Shown here one piece after another: positions 1 through 9,116 of a stretch of DNA of 32,000 nt. The position numbers and the translations under genes were made by a program. The stretch is from Candidatus Arthromitus sp. SFB-rat-Yit. GTDB lineage: Bacteria > Bacillota > Clostridia > Clostridiales > Clostridiaceae. The notes beneath the pieces are model-generated. The model was given only the letters and a program-made list of their open reading frames with translations, ran no database searches and was not told the origin of the DNA. Position 1 is the first letter of the stretch, and each line of letters starts with the position of its first letter. The stretch spans positions 1,350,001-1,382,000 of the forward strand of contig NC_016012.1 in assembly GCF_000283555.1 (NCBI RefSeq). Direction: 5' to 3'.

Positions 1-3000
1 ATTAAATCGATTATTAATAATTCTATCATCATTATTAACTCCATATATCATAGATGATGTCATATAATTAAATAAAGATAACTCTATTAATGTTATATTC
101 AAATTAGATATCATCGATTTTAAATTATATCCATTACTCTTTAATAATCCATTTATAATACCCATGTTCTTATATTTCTCAATAGTATTATATAACTCTT
201 CCTTACTCTCATTAATCGAATTTAAAAAATATACACTCAAATGATCATATGGCTCCAATTCTATTTTAGCTCTTAGGCTCATAATAGAATCACTACCATT
301 TGAAATATAGTTCCCATAAGATGACCCTACATTCATAGAAATGGGATATTGAATTGTTCCATTTCTACCTATAAAACTTTCTTTTCTACCTTCAAACTCT
401 ATTCTATCTAAAATATCGCCACCCGCATATATACTATGACCCATAAATAAATTGCCTTTTTCATTACCACATATACATATATTTTTATTATTAATATAAT
501 CTATACTAGAGTTTATAATATCGCTTTCAAAATAACTGGTTATTTCTATATTTTTTCTCTGAGATGTTAAATTTTTTAATATTATTTTTCTTACTTCTAT
601 ATTTTCATCCTTAGATACACTAATTTCGCTCGTAACATTTATTGATTTATTCTTACATGTGAATTTAATTTTATTAAAATCAAATTCACATATATAATCT
701 AAATTATCATTTTTACAAGGTAAATATGTATTGCTAAACAACTCATTATTATCTAAATCTTTTATATAAATACTTCCCCATGAATTCTCATTAGTAAAGT
801 CTTTACTTAACTTTGAAATATATTTATCTTTATACTTTAAATAACCTCCACCACTGCTACTCATGCATATAGAATAATCTCTATTTGAATAAATTTGCAT
901 ATCATATAAGTTATTCTTTCTATATTTAACTACTCTTGGAATAAAATCATTTTCCAATGAATCTATACTATTTATAAAATTAAATTCTTCTTTATATTTT
1001 TTAACACATATATTTAAACTACTCTCAGTTAACAATTCTTCTACACTCTTAACATCCATAATCTCTTCAAATCTATCTTGAAATACATCATTTATTAAAA
1101 TATTTGAGAGTGCCATTAAACTCATTCCTTGATGATGTGCCATATAATTTTTTACAATAGCATATCTATCACCATTTTTCATTCTCGATTTAGTGAAATC
1201 TATAGCTTCATAGAATCCATATCTACCAAGTGCTCCTAATTTACACAAATAATTTAAATTTTTACTCGATCCTATATAATCAACCATTAGACTCATTATA
1301 CTCGAATATGGGCTAACAACTAAATTATCAAAATCTTTTTTAATCGATAAATCTGGAACACCAAATGCTCTATATTGATAATTCAATTCACTATCTAATT
1401 CATAAAAACATGACTCTGATATACCAAAAGGTATTTTATTTAAATTAGCATATTTAATCTGGGATAACACACATCCTCTATATGTATCAAAAAACATTGT
1501 TCCAGGATATTGCTTCATATATAGCATTGGCATTAAATATTCAAACATAGTCCCAGTCCAAGATAATAAGGTCTTAATTCCATTTTGTTCAATTCCATTC
1601 CTACCTAATTTAAACCAATGCTCAATTGGAAGATCCCCTTTAGCAATTCCTAAAAAACTTGCAATTCTAACTTCTGATGCCAATAAATCATAACAATTTT
1701 CATCTAACTTATCATTCTCACAATCATATCCTATAGATAATAAATTCTTACCTTCCTTATATAAAAATTTAAAATCCATTAAATTAATTTTATCAGACAA
1801 TCTGTGTATCAGAGAATATACATTATCTATCAATTTCCTTATATTATATAATATACCTGAAATCTTTATATCTACTAATTCATTTCTAACAGAAGAATTA
1901 TTATAATTTGTCTTATATTCTAGAATCCTTTTTTCCAATTCATTTAAATTAACATCTATAAATAATTGACCAAATTTATTTGCCTTAAAATTATCTATTT
2001 CATTGATATTACAAGTCAGTCCAAGAATTTCATTTAAGAAACTATTTGAGGTTTCATTTATTTTTATATGCCAATATACATCTTCACCACTTTGACTCAA
2101 ATTAGTTATATTTTTATTTGATTCATTCAATATACCTTTCAAAAATTCAATATAACTAATATAATCTGTACACATAAATCCATATGATATAATCTCTTTA
2201 TATAAATGATCTTTACTTGAACTACTTGATAAATAGGCAAGTTCTTCAAAAGTTTTTATTAAATCACTATGTATAATAGGTTTATTCATCATATCCTGAA
2301 GTGATTGCCTAGCTAAATAATAACTCGCAAGCAAATTACCACTATCAACTGTTGAAATATATCTATTGCAAATTGATGTGTTATTTTCTATATCATACCA
2401 ATTATATAAATGACCTCTATGAGTTGGTAGCATATCTATCGAATCCAAAATATGTTTTAATTTTTCTACCATGTCAATGAATGTTATAAATCCAAAGTCC
2501 CTCCCTGATATAAAAGAAGTTAAACTCATACCTATATTAGTTGGAGATGTTTTTTTAGCTATACCAATAAAAGGATCTTCTTGATAATTGTCACAAACTA
2601 AATAATTTGTGCTATCATTAACAAAATCTTCAAAGTAAGCAAATATACTCCTTGATAATGATCTTAAAAATATATTTTGTTTAGAATCTACACGTGCCCT
2701 TACTACTCTATATTTTTGAGATAATCCATACGCTATAAATGGTGATAAAATAAACATAACCGATAATAAAATCATCTCATGTAATTTATAATAAATACTT
2801 AATGTCAAAAATAAACCCCCAAATATTAATCCTGGGAACATAGATATTAAATAATTTATCAATAAATTACTAGACTCTTTTTCAACTTCACTAAATGTTT
2901 TCCATTCTAATAAATTCTTCTTCGTAAACACAAGTCTTACAAAAACTCTAACTATAGCATCAAAAGTTATATATGCATGATACGGTATAAATGAAAACAT

Positions 3001-5484
3001 TACAAAACTCTGTATCAATCTATCCTTTAATTCATTAATACTAAATATCAATCTATCTTTAGATACTTTATTTAAATTAATAGATGATATATTTAAAATA
3101 AATGGAAATATAATACCCAAAGCTAACACTCCGTAATATATATCCCTATATCTGACTCCTATAAATAACAATCCAATAATAAGAATTAAATAGCTTATAG
3201 GTAGTAAACTTCTTCTTAAATTATCTAATATTTTATATTTAGAAATAAAATTAATACCGCGCCCATTTATCAAATAAGGTATTAATTGTAAATCTCCCCG
3301 ATTCCATCTATGTAATCTCATGAAATTTGATAATATATTTGATGGAAAACATTCTTGAAATTCAATGTCAGAGCTAAAAGAAACTCTTGAAAAACACCCT
3401 TCTATTAAATCATGACTTAATATTCTATCTTCTGGTATAACATCCCACATTATTTTATCAAATACATCTATATCTATAATTCCCTTACCAATAAATATAC
3501 TCTCGGAAAAAATATCATGATATATATTAGAAATTGTTAAATTATATGACGGCGTTTCTGTATTGCCACAAAATAGCTTTGAGTAAATAGTATTTAAAGA
3601 ACTTTTAAATGATATCGATACCTTAGGTTGAATTATTCCATATCCTCGTACAACTTTATTTTTATTATTTATATTTTTAACAACAGCTTTATTTAAAACA
3701 TGATCTATTGCTCCAATTAATTTAAAAGCTGAATCCCTAATAATTTTAGTATCAGAATCAATTGAAATTATGTACCTTATATTCTTTAATTCTTCATAAT
3801 CTAAAATATTAATTTTATAATTACTTTCCTTACCTTTAAGAAACTTTATAAATTCCATAATTTTGCCACGCTTACGTTCCCATCCCATATAAACCTTACT
3901 ACTTTTATTGTAAACCTTATCCCTTATAAAAACATAAAACTTTTTAGTATTAAATTTATATTTATTATTTAAATCCTCAACTAACTTATTAACATGCTCT
4001 AAAAGTATGCTATCTTCAGATTTATCATATGAAATTGTATCAGTATAATCTAATAACAATGCAAAATATAAGTTATCATTTCTGTTACATATATACGCTA
4101 ATTCTAAATTCTTTACAAGAGATTCTACCTCTTGTTGACTAATTAATAAGGATGGAATAACAATCATCGTTTTCGAACTATCAGGTATTTCTTTAGAGTA
4201 ATCCATCTTAGGTACAAATTTTCTATCTGTTTTTTCTAAAAATATATAATTTATAAAATTTATCCATATATCACTTATTATCAATAAAACAAAAAAACTA
4301 AATGTAATCAATAAATATTTATTTTCAAATACATAATTCAAGCTATACAATATAAATGCTTCACTAAATATTATTAAAGATATAATACATAAAAAATAAT
4401 TTATTTTAGTGCTTATATGTTTCCTTTTAATATTTTTAAATCTATATACCCCTTCATCAATTAAATAATATCCAATATGTCTTGAATAACCCGTATTTCC
4501 ATTTAAACTTAGCTTTACAATATTTACCGCTTCTTCATATTCATTTAATTTATTTATTTTACAAATCCTATTTAGAGTACTTCTATAATGATTTCTACTC
4601 TCGTAATCCATATTAGGATATACTCCTGATGGATCTTTCATAAATTCGTTATGTACAGAACTAACATTCTCTAAATGAAATTTCCAATTAAAATTAAACA
4701 AATTTTTCAATGATTGTATGTACATGCTTATTTTAATTCTAATTTCTTTTAAATTATCTGAATTTTTTTCCACAAATTTATCATAAGTCAATTTTTCGTT
4801 ATTCAATAAGTCACTCAAAAATTTATTTATTATATTGTTATCAATTCTATTTTCTTCAACAAGTTTTATAAAATAATCTACTGTATATAAGGAAACTTTA
4901 TTTTTCAATAAATATGATAATTTATTTGATATCAAATTATATTTTTCATTTTTTATATATTTAATTATATTGTTAAATAATTTATATCCTTTATAACAGT
5001 CCTCTTCAATCTTTCTTATCTCATCTACCAAACCATATATTCTCTCTAGAAATACATAATTTAAAAAAAATGATACGCTATTCAATTCTTCTAAATCTAA
5101 TCTACATTTACTCTCATACAAATTTAATTCTGAAAAAAATTTATCTTCTTCTATAATATTTTTTAAATTATTACAAAAATTATCACAAAATAAATATATC
5201 CTAGGAACATATGAATTATTTGATTTAATGCAATTAAATTTAATTTTTTTGAAGTACCCACTCTCTAATAAGTTAATACTCCAATTATTTATATATAAAA
5301 AATTATCCGTTAACCACATAGAAGCTTCACTTATATTACATCCTAAAGATTTTACAAAATCAATATATTTTACATTATTTAAAAATATCTTATTTTTCGT
5401 CTTGAACTCACTTAGTAAATTAACTTTTTTCTTATAAATACTCTCATATAAAATGTCTTTATTCGATAACAAATCATTTACCAT
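1..5484 (-). CDS. NdvB-like cyclic beta-1,2-glucan synthase / GT84-type glycosyltransferase with C-terminal glycoside hydrolase/phosphorylase-like part (partial, continues beyond window start)
   Basis: Manual minus-strand translation from ATG at 5484 (RBS AAAGGAGA upstream), frame maintained at 5484, 3321 and 69..1. Motifs: DPSGVYPNMDYESRNHYR...RHIGYYLIDEG, PKMDYSKEIPDSSKTMIVIPSLL, NLYFALLLDY, VYMGWERKRGKIMEF, ISIDSDTKI, IGKGIIDIDVF, LSHDLIEG, SDIEF, FMRLHRWNRGDLQL, AHHQGMSL. Absent from the ORF track only because the stop is off-window. Confidence 0.9.
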   Translation of the reverse strand, partial: MVNDLLSNKDILYESIYKKKVNLLSEFKTKNKIFLNNVKYIDFVKSLGCNISEASMWLTDNFLYINNWSINLLESGYFKKIKFNCIKSNNSYVPRIYLFCDNFCNNLKNIIEEDKFFSELNLYESKCRLDLEELNSVSFFLNYVFLERIYGLVDEIRKIEEDCYKGYKLFNNIIKYIKNEKYNLISNKLSYLLKNKVSLYTVDYFIKLVEENRIDNNIINKFLSDLLNNEKLTYDKFVEKNSDNLKEIRIKISMYIQSLKNLFNFNWKFHLENVSSVHNEFMKDPSGVYPNMDYESRNHYRSTLNRICKINKLNEYEEAVNIVKLSLNGNTGYSRHIGYYLIDEGVYRFKNIKRKHISTKINYFLCIISLIIFSEAFILYSLNYVFENKYLLITFSFFVLLIISDIWINFINYIFLEKTDRKFVPKMDYSKEIPDSSKTMIVIPSLLISQQEVESLVKNLELAYICNRNDNLYFALLLDYTDTISYDKSEDSILLEHVNKLVEDLNNKYKFNTKKFYVFIRDKVYNKSSKVYMGWERKRGKIMEFIKFLKGKESNYKINILDYEELKNIRYIISIDSDTKIIRDSAFKLIGAIDHVLNKAVVKNINNKNKVVRGYGIIQPKVSISFKSSLNTIYSKLFCGNTETPSYNLTISNIYHDIFSESIFIGKGIIDIDVFDKIMWDVIPEDRILSHDLIEGCFSRVSFSSDIEFQECFPSNILSNFMRLHRWNRGDLQLIPYLINGRGINFISKYKILDNLRRSLLPISYLILIIGLLFIGVRYRDIYYGVLALGIIFPFILNISSINLNKVSKDRLIFSINELKDRLIQSFVMFSFIPYHAYITFDAIVRVFVRLVFTKKNLLEWKTFSEVEKESSNLLINYLISMFPGLIFGGLFLTLSIYYKLHEMILLSVMFILSPFIAYGLSQKYRVVRARVDSKQNIFLRSLSRSIFAYFEDFVNDSTNYLVCDNYQEDPFIGIAKKTSPTNIGMSLTSFISGRDFGFITFIDMVEKLKHILDSIDMLPTHRGHLYNWYDIENNTSICNRYISTVDSGNLLASYYLARQSLQDMMNKPIIHSDLIKTFEELAYLSSSSSKDHLYKEIISYGFMCTDYISYIEFLKGILNESNKNITNLSQSGEDVYWHIKINETSNSFLNEILGLTCNINEIDNFKANKFGQLFIDVNLNELEKRILEYKTNYNNSSVRNELVDIKISGILYNIRKLIDNVYSLIHRLSDKINLMDFKFLYKEGKNLLSIGYDCENDKLDENCYDLLASEVRIASFLGIAKGDLPIEHWFKLGRNGIEQNGIKTLLSWTGTMFEYLMPMLYMKQYPGTMFFDTYRGCVLSQIKYANLNKIPFGISESCFYELDSELNYQYRAFGVPDLSIKKDFDNLVVSPYSSIMSLMVDYIGSSKNLNYLCKLGALGRYGFYEAIDFTKSRMKNGDRYAIVKNYMAHHQGMSLMALSNILINDVFQDRFEEIMDVKSVEELLTESSLNICVKKYKEEFNFINSIDSLENDFIPRVVKYRKNNLYDMQIYSNRDYSICMSSSGGGYLKYKDKYISKLSKDFTNENSWGSIYIKDLDNNELFSNTYLPCKNDNLDYICEFDFNKIKFTCKNKSINVTSEISVSKDENIEVRKIILKNLTSQRKNIEITSYFESDIINSSIDYINNKNICICGNEKGNLFMGHSIYAGGDILDRIEFEGRKESFIGRNGTIQYPISMNVGSSYGNYISNGSDSIMSLRAKIELEPYDHLSVYFLNSINESKEELYNTIEKYKNMGIINGLLKSNGYNLKSMISNLNITLIELSLFNYMTSSMIYGVNNDDRIINNRFN

Positions 5485-5604
5485 AGTATATCTCCTTTTC
5501 TAGTTAAAGAGTATTAATTACATTGCAATTTCTTGAAATATATTCTATTATTACCAATTTTTTATTATATATTCACTTTTTAACATTAATATATGAATTA
5601 ACTA

Positions 5605-5634
5605 TTGATGTTTTTTTGATATTAATGATATAAT
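5605..5634 (+). promoter_or_regulatory. Predicted adhE promoter: -35 TTGATG (5605-5610), 18-bp spacer, -10 TATAAT (5629-5634)
   Basis: Near-consensus sigma-A hexamers upstream of adhE. Confidence 0.6.
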
Positions 5635-5636
5635 AT

Positions 5637-5679
5637 ACTTGTTATTTAAATAACAATTTAGGTTATTTAAATAACAAGT
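5637..5679. promoter_or_regulatory. Tandem Rex-like operator (TTGTTATTTAAATAACAA at 5639-5656; AGGTTATTTAAATAACAA at 5660-5677)
   Basis: Two copies of GTTATTTAAATAAC, centres 21 bp apart, inside a perfect 18-bp inverted repeat with 7-nt spacer; resembles clostridial Rex boxes TTGTTAANNNNTTAACAA; positioned at the predicted +1 of adhE. Confidence 0.7.
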
Positions 5680-5785
5680 ATAATTTTTTTTTATTAAGAA
5701 CAGTAATATAATTAAGTAATTATCGCTATTAATTTAGTGCTACTACGTATTACTTAATTAATTAAATTGGAGGTTATTAATATAC

Positions 5786-8392
5786 ATGAAATCAAAAAAT
5801 CAAATACTAGAGAAAGAAATTTCAAATATAAATTCAGTTATTAACTCCCTACTAGATAATGCTAAAAAAGCTGAAAAGAAACTTTTAGAATTAAATCAAG
5901 AACAAATAGATAAAATTGTATCTTCTATGTGCATCGCTGGTGCAAGTAAAAATATAGAATTATCAAAATTAGCTGTTGAAGAAACTAAACGTGGAGTTTT
6001 TGAAGATAAAGTTATTAAAAACCTTTTTGCTACTGAATATATACATCATGATATTAAACATATTAAAACTGTTGGTATTATAAATGATGATCCTAACAAA
6101 GACTATTTTAATGTTGCTGAACCTGTTGGTGTTATTGCTGGAGTTACTCCTGTCACAAACCCAACATCTACTGCTATGTTTAAAGCTATAATATCAATTA
6201 AAACAAGAAATCCAATAGTGTTTGCATTCCATCCATCTGCACAAAAATGTAGCTCTGAGGCTGCCAAAATAGTTTATGATGCAGCTGTATCCGCTGGAGC
6301 TCCAGAACACTGTATTCAGTGGATAGAGGAACCATCTATTGAAGCTACTAACTTACTTATGAATCACCCTGAAATATCTCTTATTTTAGCAACGGGTGGA
6401 TCTGGAATGGTTAAATCTGCATATAGCTGTGGAAAACCCGCTTTAGGGGTTGGACCTGGAAACGTTCCTGCTTACCTTGAAAAAAGCTGTAACCTTCAAA
6501 GAGCTGTATCAGATATAATAATATCTAAAACTTTTGATAATGGTATGATTTGTGCATCTGAACAAGCTGCTATAGTAGATGAGGAAATTTCAAAAGAATT
6601 TGAAAAATTGATGAAAAATTTAAATTGCCATATATGCTCTCCAGATGAAACCAAAAAAGTTGAAAAATATGCATTTCCTGAAGAAAAGAATTCTTGTGTA
6701 TTAAATGCTGATATAGTTGGAAAGCCTGCTACCCAAATAGCTAAAGAAGCAGGGTTTGAGGTTCCTGAAAAAACAAAAATATTAATTACAAAAATAGAAT
6801 CTATAGGAGCTAATTCACCTCTATCACGTGAAAAATTAAGTCCTATACTTTCATACATTATTGTTAAAAACTCTGATGAAGGAATAGAAAAAGCTGCTCA
6901 AATGGTAGAATTTGGAGGTCTTGGACACTCTGCAGCTGTTCATTCATCAAGTGAAGATGTTATCAGAAAATTCTCAGAAAAAGTTAAAGCTGGAAGAATA
7001 GTTGTAAATGCACCATCAACTCAAGGAGCTATAGGTGATTTATATAATTCAAATAGAGCATCTTTAACACTTGGATGTGGTTCTTACGGCAAAAACTCAA
7101 TAATTTCTAACGTTACCTGTGAGAATTTAATCAATTTAAAGAGAGTCGCAAGGAGAAAAAATAATATGCAATGGTTTAAGGTACCTAAGAAAATATTCTT
7201 CGAATGGGGTTCTACTTCGTATTTAGAAAAAATGCCTGATATATCTAAAGTAATGATAATCACTGACCCTGGAATGGTTAATCTTGGATATACAAACATA
7301 GTTTTAAATCATTTGAATAACAGAATAAATAAAATAAGCGTTGAAATTTTCTCTGACGTTGAACCGGATCCATCTGTTGAAACTGTATTTAATGGTGTTA
7401 AAGCTATGAACAGATTTAAACCTGATTGTATAATTGCTTTGGGTGGAGGATCTGCAATAGATGCTGCTAAATCCATGTGGTTATTCTATGAACATCCAGA
7501 AATAGACTTCAATGATATAAAATTAAAATTTGTTGATATCAGAAAGAGAATTTACAAGTTCCCTAAACTTGGTACTAAATGTCAATTAGTAGCAATACCT
7601 ACAACATCTGGAACAGGATCAGAAGTTACATCATTCTCAGTAATTAGTGATAAAGTTAAAAATATTAAATATCCTCTAGCTGATTATGAATTAACTCCTA
7701 ATATAGCTATAATAGATCCTCAATTTGTTATGAGCTTACCAAAAGCTGTAACAGCAGATACTGGACTTGATGTTTTAACTCACGCAATTGAAGCATACGT
7801 TTCAATACTTGCATCAGATTATACAGATGCATTAGCTCTTAAATCTATACATTTAGTATTTGAATACTTACCAAGAGCATTCAAAAATGGAAATAATGAT
7901 AAAGTTGCTCGTGAAAAAATGCACAATGCATCTTCTATGGCTGGAATGGCATTTACAAATGCATTTTTAGGAATAAATCATTCACTTGCTCACAAATTAG
8001 GAGGGGAGTTCCATATACCTCATGGTCGTGCAAACGCAATACTTTTACCTTATGTAATTAAATTTAACTCTGAAACACCAACAAAACTCCCATCATTCCC
8101 TAAATATGAAAAGTTTATTGCAGATAAGAAATATGCAGAAATTGCAAGATCTTTAGGACTTAAAGCTTCTACTACAGAAGAAGGTGTTAATAGCTTAATT
8201 GAAGCTATCAAAAAATTGATGAATGAACTTGAAATGCCAACAAGAATTTCCGAATGCAATATTGATAAAGATGAATATATGAGTAAAATAGAATTACTTG
8301 CTCTTAAAGCATTTGATGATCAATGTACTGGAGCAAATCCAAGATACCCCCTTGTTGAAGAACTACACGAAATATACAAAAGCATATACTAA
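5786..8392 (+). CDS. adhE: Bifunctional acetaldehyde-CoA/alcohol dehydrogenase AdhE
   Basis: 868 aa; N-terminal aldehyde dehydrogenase domain ([28 protein letters not shown]), C-terminal iron alcohol dehydrogenase ([57 protein letters not shown]); RBS GGAGG. Confidence 0.97.
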   Translation: MKSKNQILEKEISNINSVINSLLDNAKKAEKKLLELNQEQIDKIVSSMCIAGASKNIELSKLAVEETKRGVFEDKVIKNLFATEYIHHDIKHIKTVGIINDDPNKDYFNVAEPVGVIAGVTPVTNPTSTAMFKAIISIKTRNPIVFAFHPSAQKCSSEAAKIVYDAAVSAGAPEHCIQWIEEPSIEATNLLMNHPEISLILATGGSGMVKSAYSCGKPALGVGPGNVPAYLEKSCNLQRAVSDIIISKTFDNGMICASEQAAIVDEEISKEFEKLMKNLNCHICSPDETKKVEKYAFPEEKNSCVLNADIVGKPATQIAKEAGFEVPEKTKILITKIESIGANSPLSREKLSPILSYIIVKNSDEGIEKAAQMVEFGGLGHSAAVHSSSEDVIRKFSEKVKAGRIVVNAPSTQGAIGDLYNSNRASLTLGCGSYGKNSIISNVTCENLINLKRVARRKNNMQWFKVPKKIFFEWGSTSYLEKMPDISKVMIITDPGMVNLGYTNIVLNHLNNRINKISVEIFSDVEPDPSVETVFNGVKAMNRFKPDCIIALGGGSAIDAAKSMWLFYEHPEIDFNDIKLKFVDIRKRIYKFPKLGTKCQLVAIPTTSGTGSEVTSFSVISDKVKNIKYPLADYELTPNIAIIDPQFVMSLPKAVTADTGLDVLTHAIEAYVSILASDYTDALALKSIHLVFEYLPRAFKNGNNDKVAREKMHNASSMAGMAFTNAFLGINHSLAHKLGGEFHIPHGRANAILLPYVIKFNSETPTKLPSFPKYEKFIADKKYAEIARSLGLKASTTEEGVNSLIEAIKKLMNELEMPTRISECNIDKDEYMSKIELLALKAFDDQCTGANPRYPLVEELHEIYKSIY

Positions 8393-8399
8393 AAATAAG

Positions 8400-8430
8400 A
8401 AAAGAGTACAGACTACTGCACTCTTTTTTT
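8400..8430. terminator. Bidirectional intrinsic terminator between adhE and the rRNA methyltransferase gene
   Basis: AAAAGAGTACAG-ACTA-CTGCACTCTTTT followed by T-run; 12-bp stem with one non-Watson-Crick position. Confidence 0.8.
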
Positions 8431-9066
8431 ATATCCATTTATAATATAAAACTCCCTCCTATTACTCTCTCCTAAAACCTTAACCCATTTACTTTCAAAA
8501 GGAATTTCATCTTTTAACACCAAATTAATATCATGTATTTCTATATTATATTTAGAATATAGCATTTTAAAATCATCAAAATAACTCTCATTTAAATCTG
8601 GCAAATTTCTCTTCTCTATCTCCATTTTCTCAAATTTATCATTATATGAAAAACATATTTTCATTTTTCCACTATCTACAAGCAACTTAGATATGTTGTA
8701 TATAATACCTAGCTCTTCTTTAAATATACCTTCAAGCAAACTACCCCACGGTAAATTTATGTAAACTTCTGAAAACATATTATATAATAAATTATCTATA
8801 TTTTGAGCATTCATAATTATATAAACCAAATTCTCTAACTTATTTTTATATTGTTTAATCGCATACTTCTTCATAGAATCTCCACAAGAATCTAATCCTA
8901 CATAAAATTTATTTTTATTCTCTAAAGCACTGAAATATACAAATGCTCCTTGTCCTGTTCCCAAATCAATTACCAAATCATCATATGATTTTATTTTATT
9001 TAAAAATTCCTCTCTACTTAACTCAATTTCCTTGCTACTCCTAAGTATCTTCATACCCCACCTCAA
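8413..9066 (-). CDS. warA: SAM-dependent methyltransferase, WarA/KamB/NpmA-like 16S rRNA (adenine1408-N1)-methyltransferase
   Basis: VIDLGTGQGAFVYFSALENKNKFYVGLDSCGDSMKKYA...YINLPWGSLLEGI resembles the VIDLGTGDGRFVY...FYIGIDA...VxxNFPWGSLLRG signature of this family. Start either TTG 9066 or ATG 9054. Confidence 0.75.
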   Translation of the reverse strand: MRWGMKILRSSKEIELSREEFLNKIKSYDDLVIDLGTGQGAFVYFSALENKNKFYVGLDSCGDSMKKYAIKQYKNKLENLVYIIMNAQNIDNLLYNMFSEVYINLPWGSLLEGIFKEELGIIYNISKLLVDSGKMKICFSYNDKFEKMEIEKRNLPDLNESYFDDFKMLYSKYNIEIHDINLVLKDEIPFESKWVKVLGESNRREFYIINGYKKRVQ

Positions 9067-9074
9067 TAAATAAT

Positions 9075-9106
9075 AAGGATAATTTAATTCATATTAAATT
9101 ATCCTT
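9075..9106. promoter_or_regulatory. Perfect 14-bp stem-loop between abgT-like and methyltransferase genes (terminator or leader element)
   Basis: AAGGATAATTTAAT-TCAT-ATTAAATTATCCTT. Confidence 0.55.
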
Positions 9107-9116
9107 ACATTAAAAA

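Noticed and set aside
1-5227. Apparent long ORF-free region that could suggest a giant ncRNA or degraded DNA
   Set aside because: Manual translation shows a continuous minus-strand coding frame whose stop is off-window, so the gap is an artefact of the ORF track.
5228-5437. Plus-strand 69-aa ORF
   Set aside because: Lies antisense within the start of the NdvB-like gene, has low complexity and no RBS; likely spurious.
6496-8259. Minus-strand ORFs of 120, 71 and 69 aa inside adhE
   Set aside because: Antisense to a strongly conserved coding sequence with no independent support.
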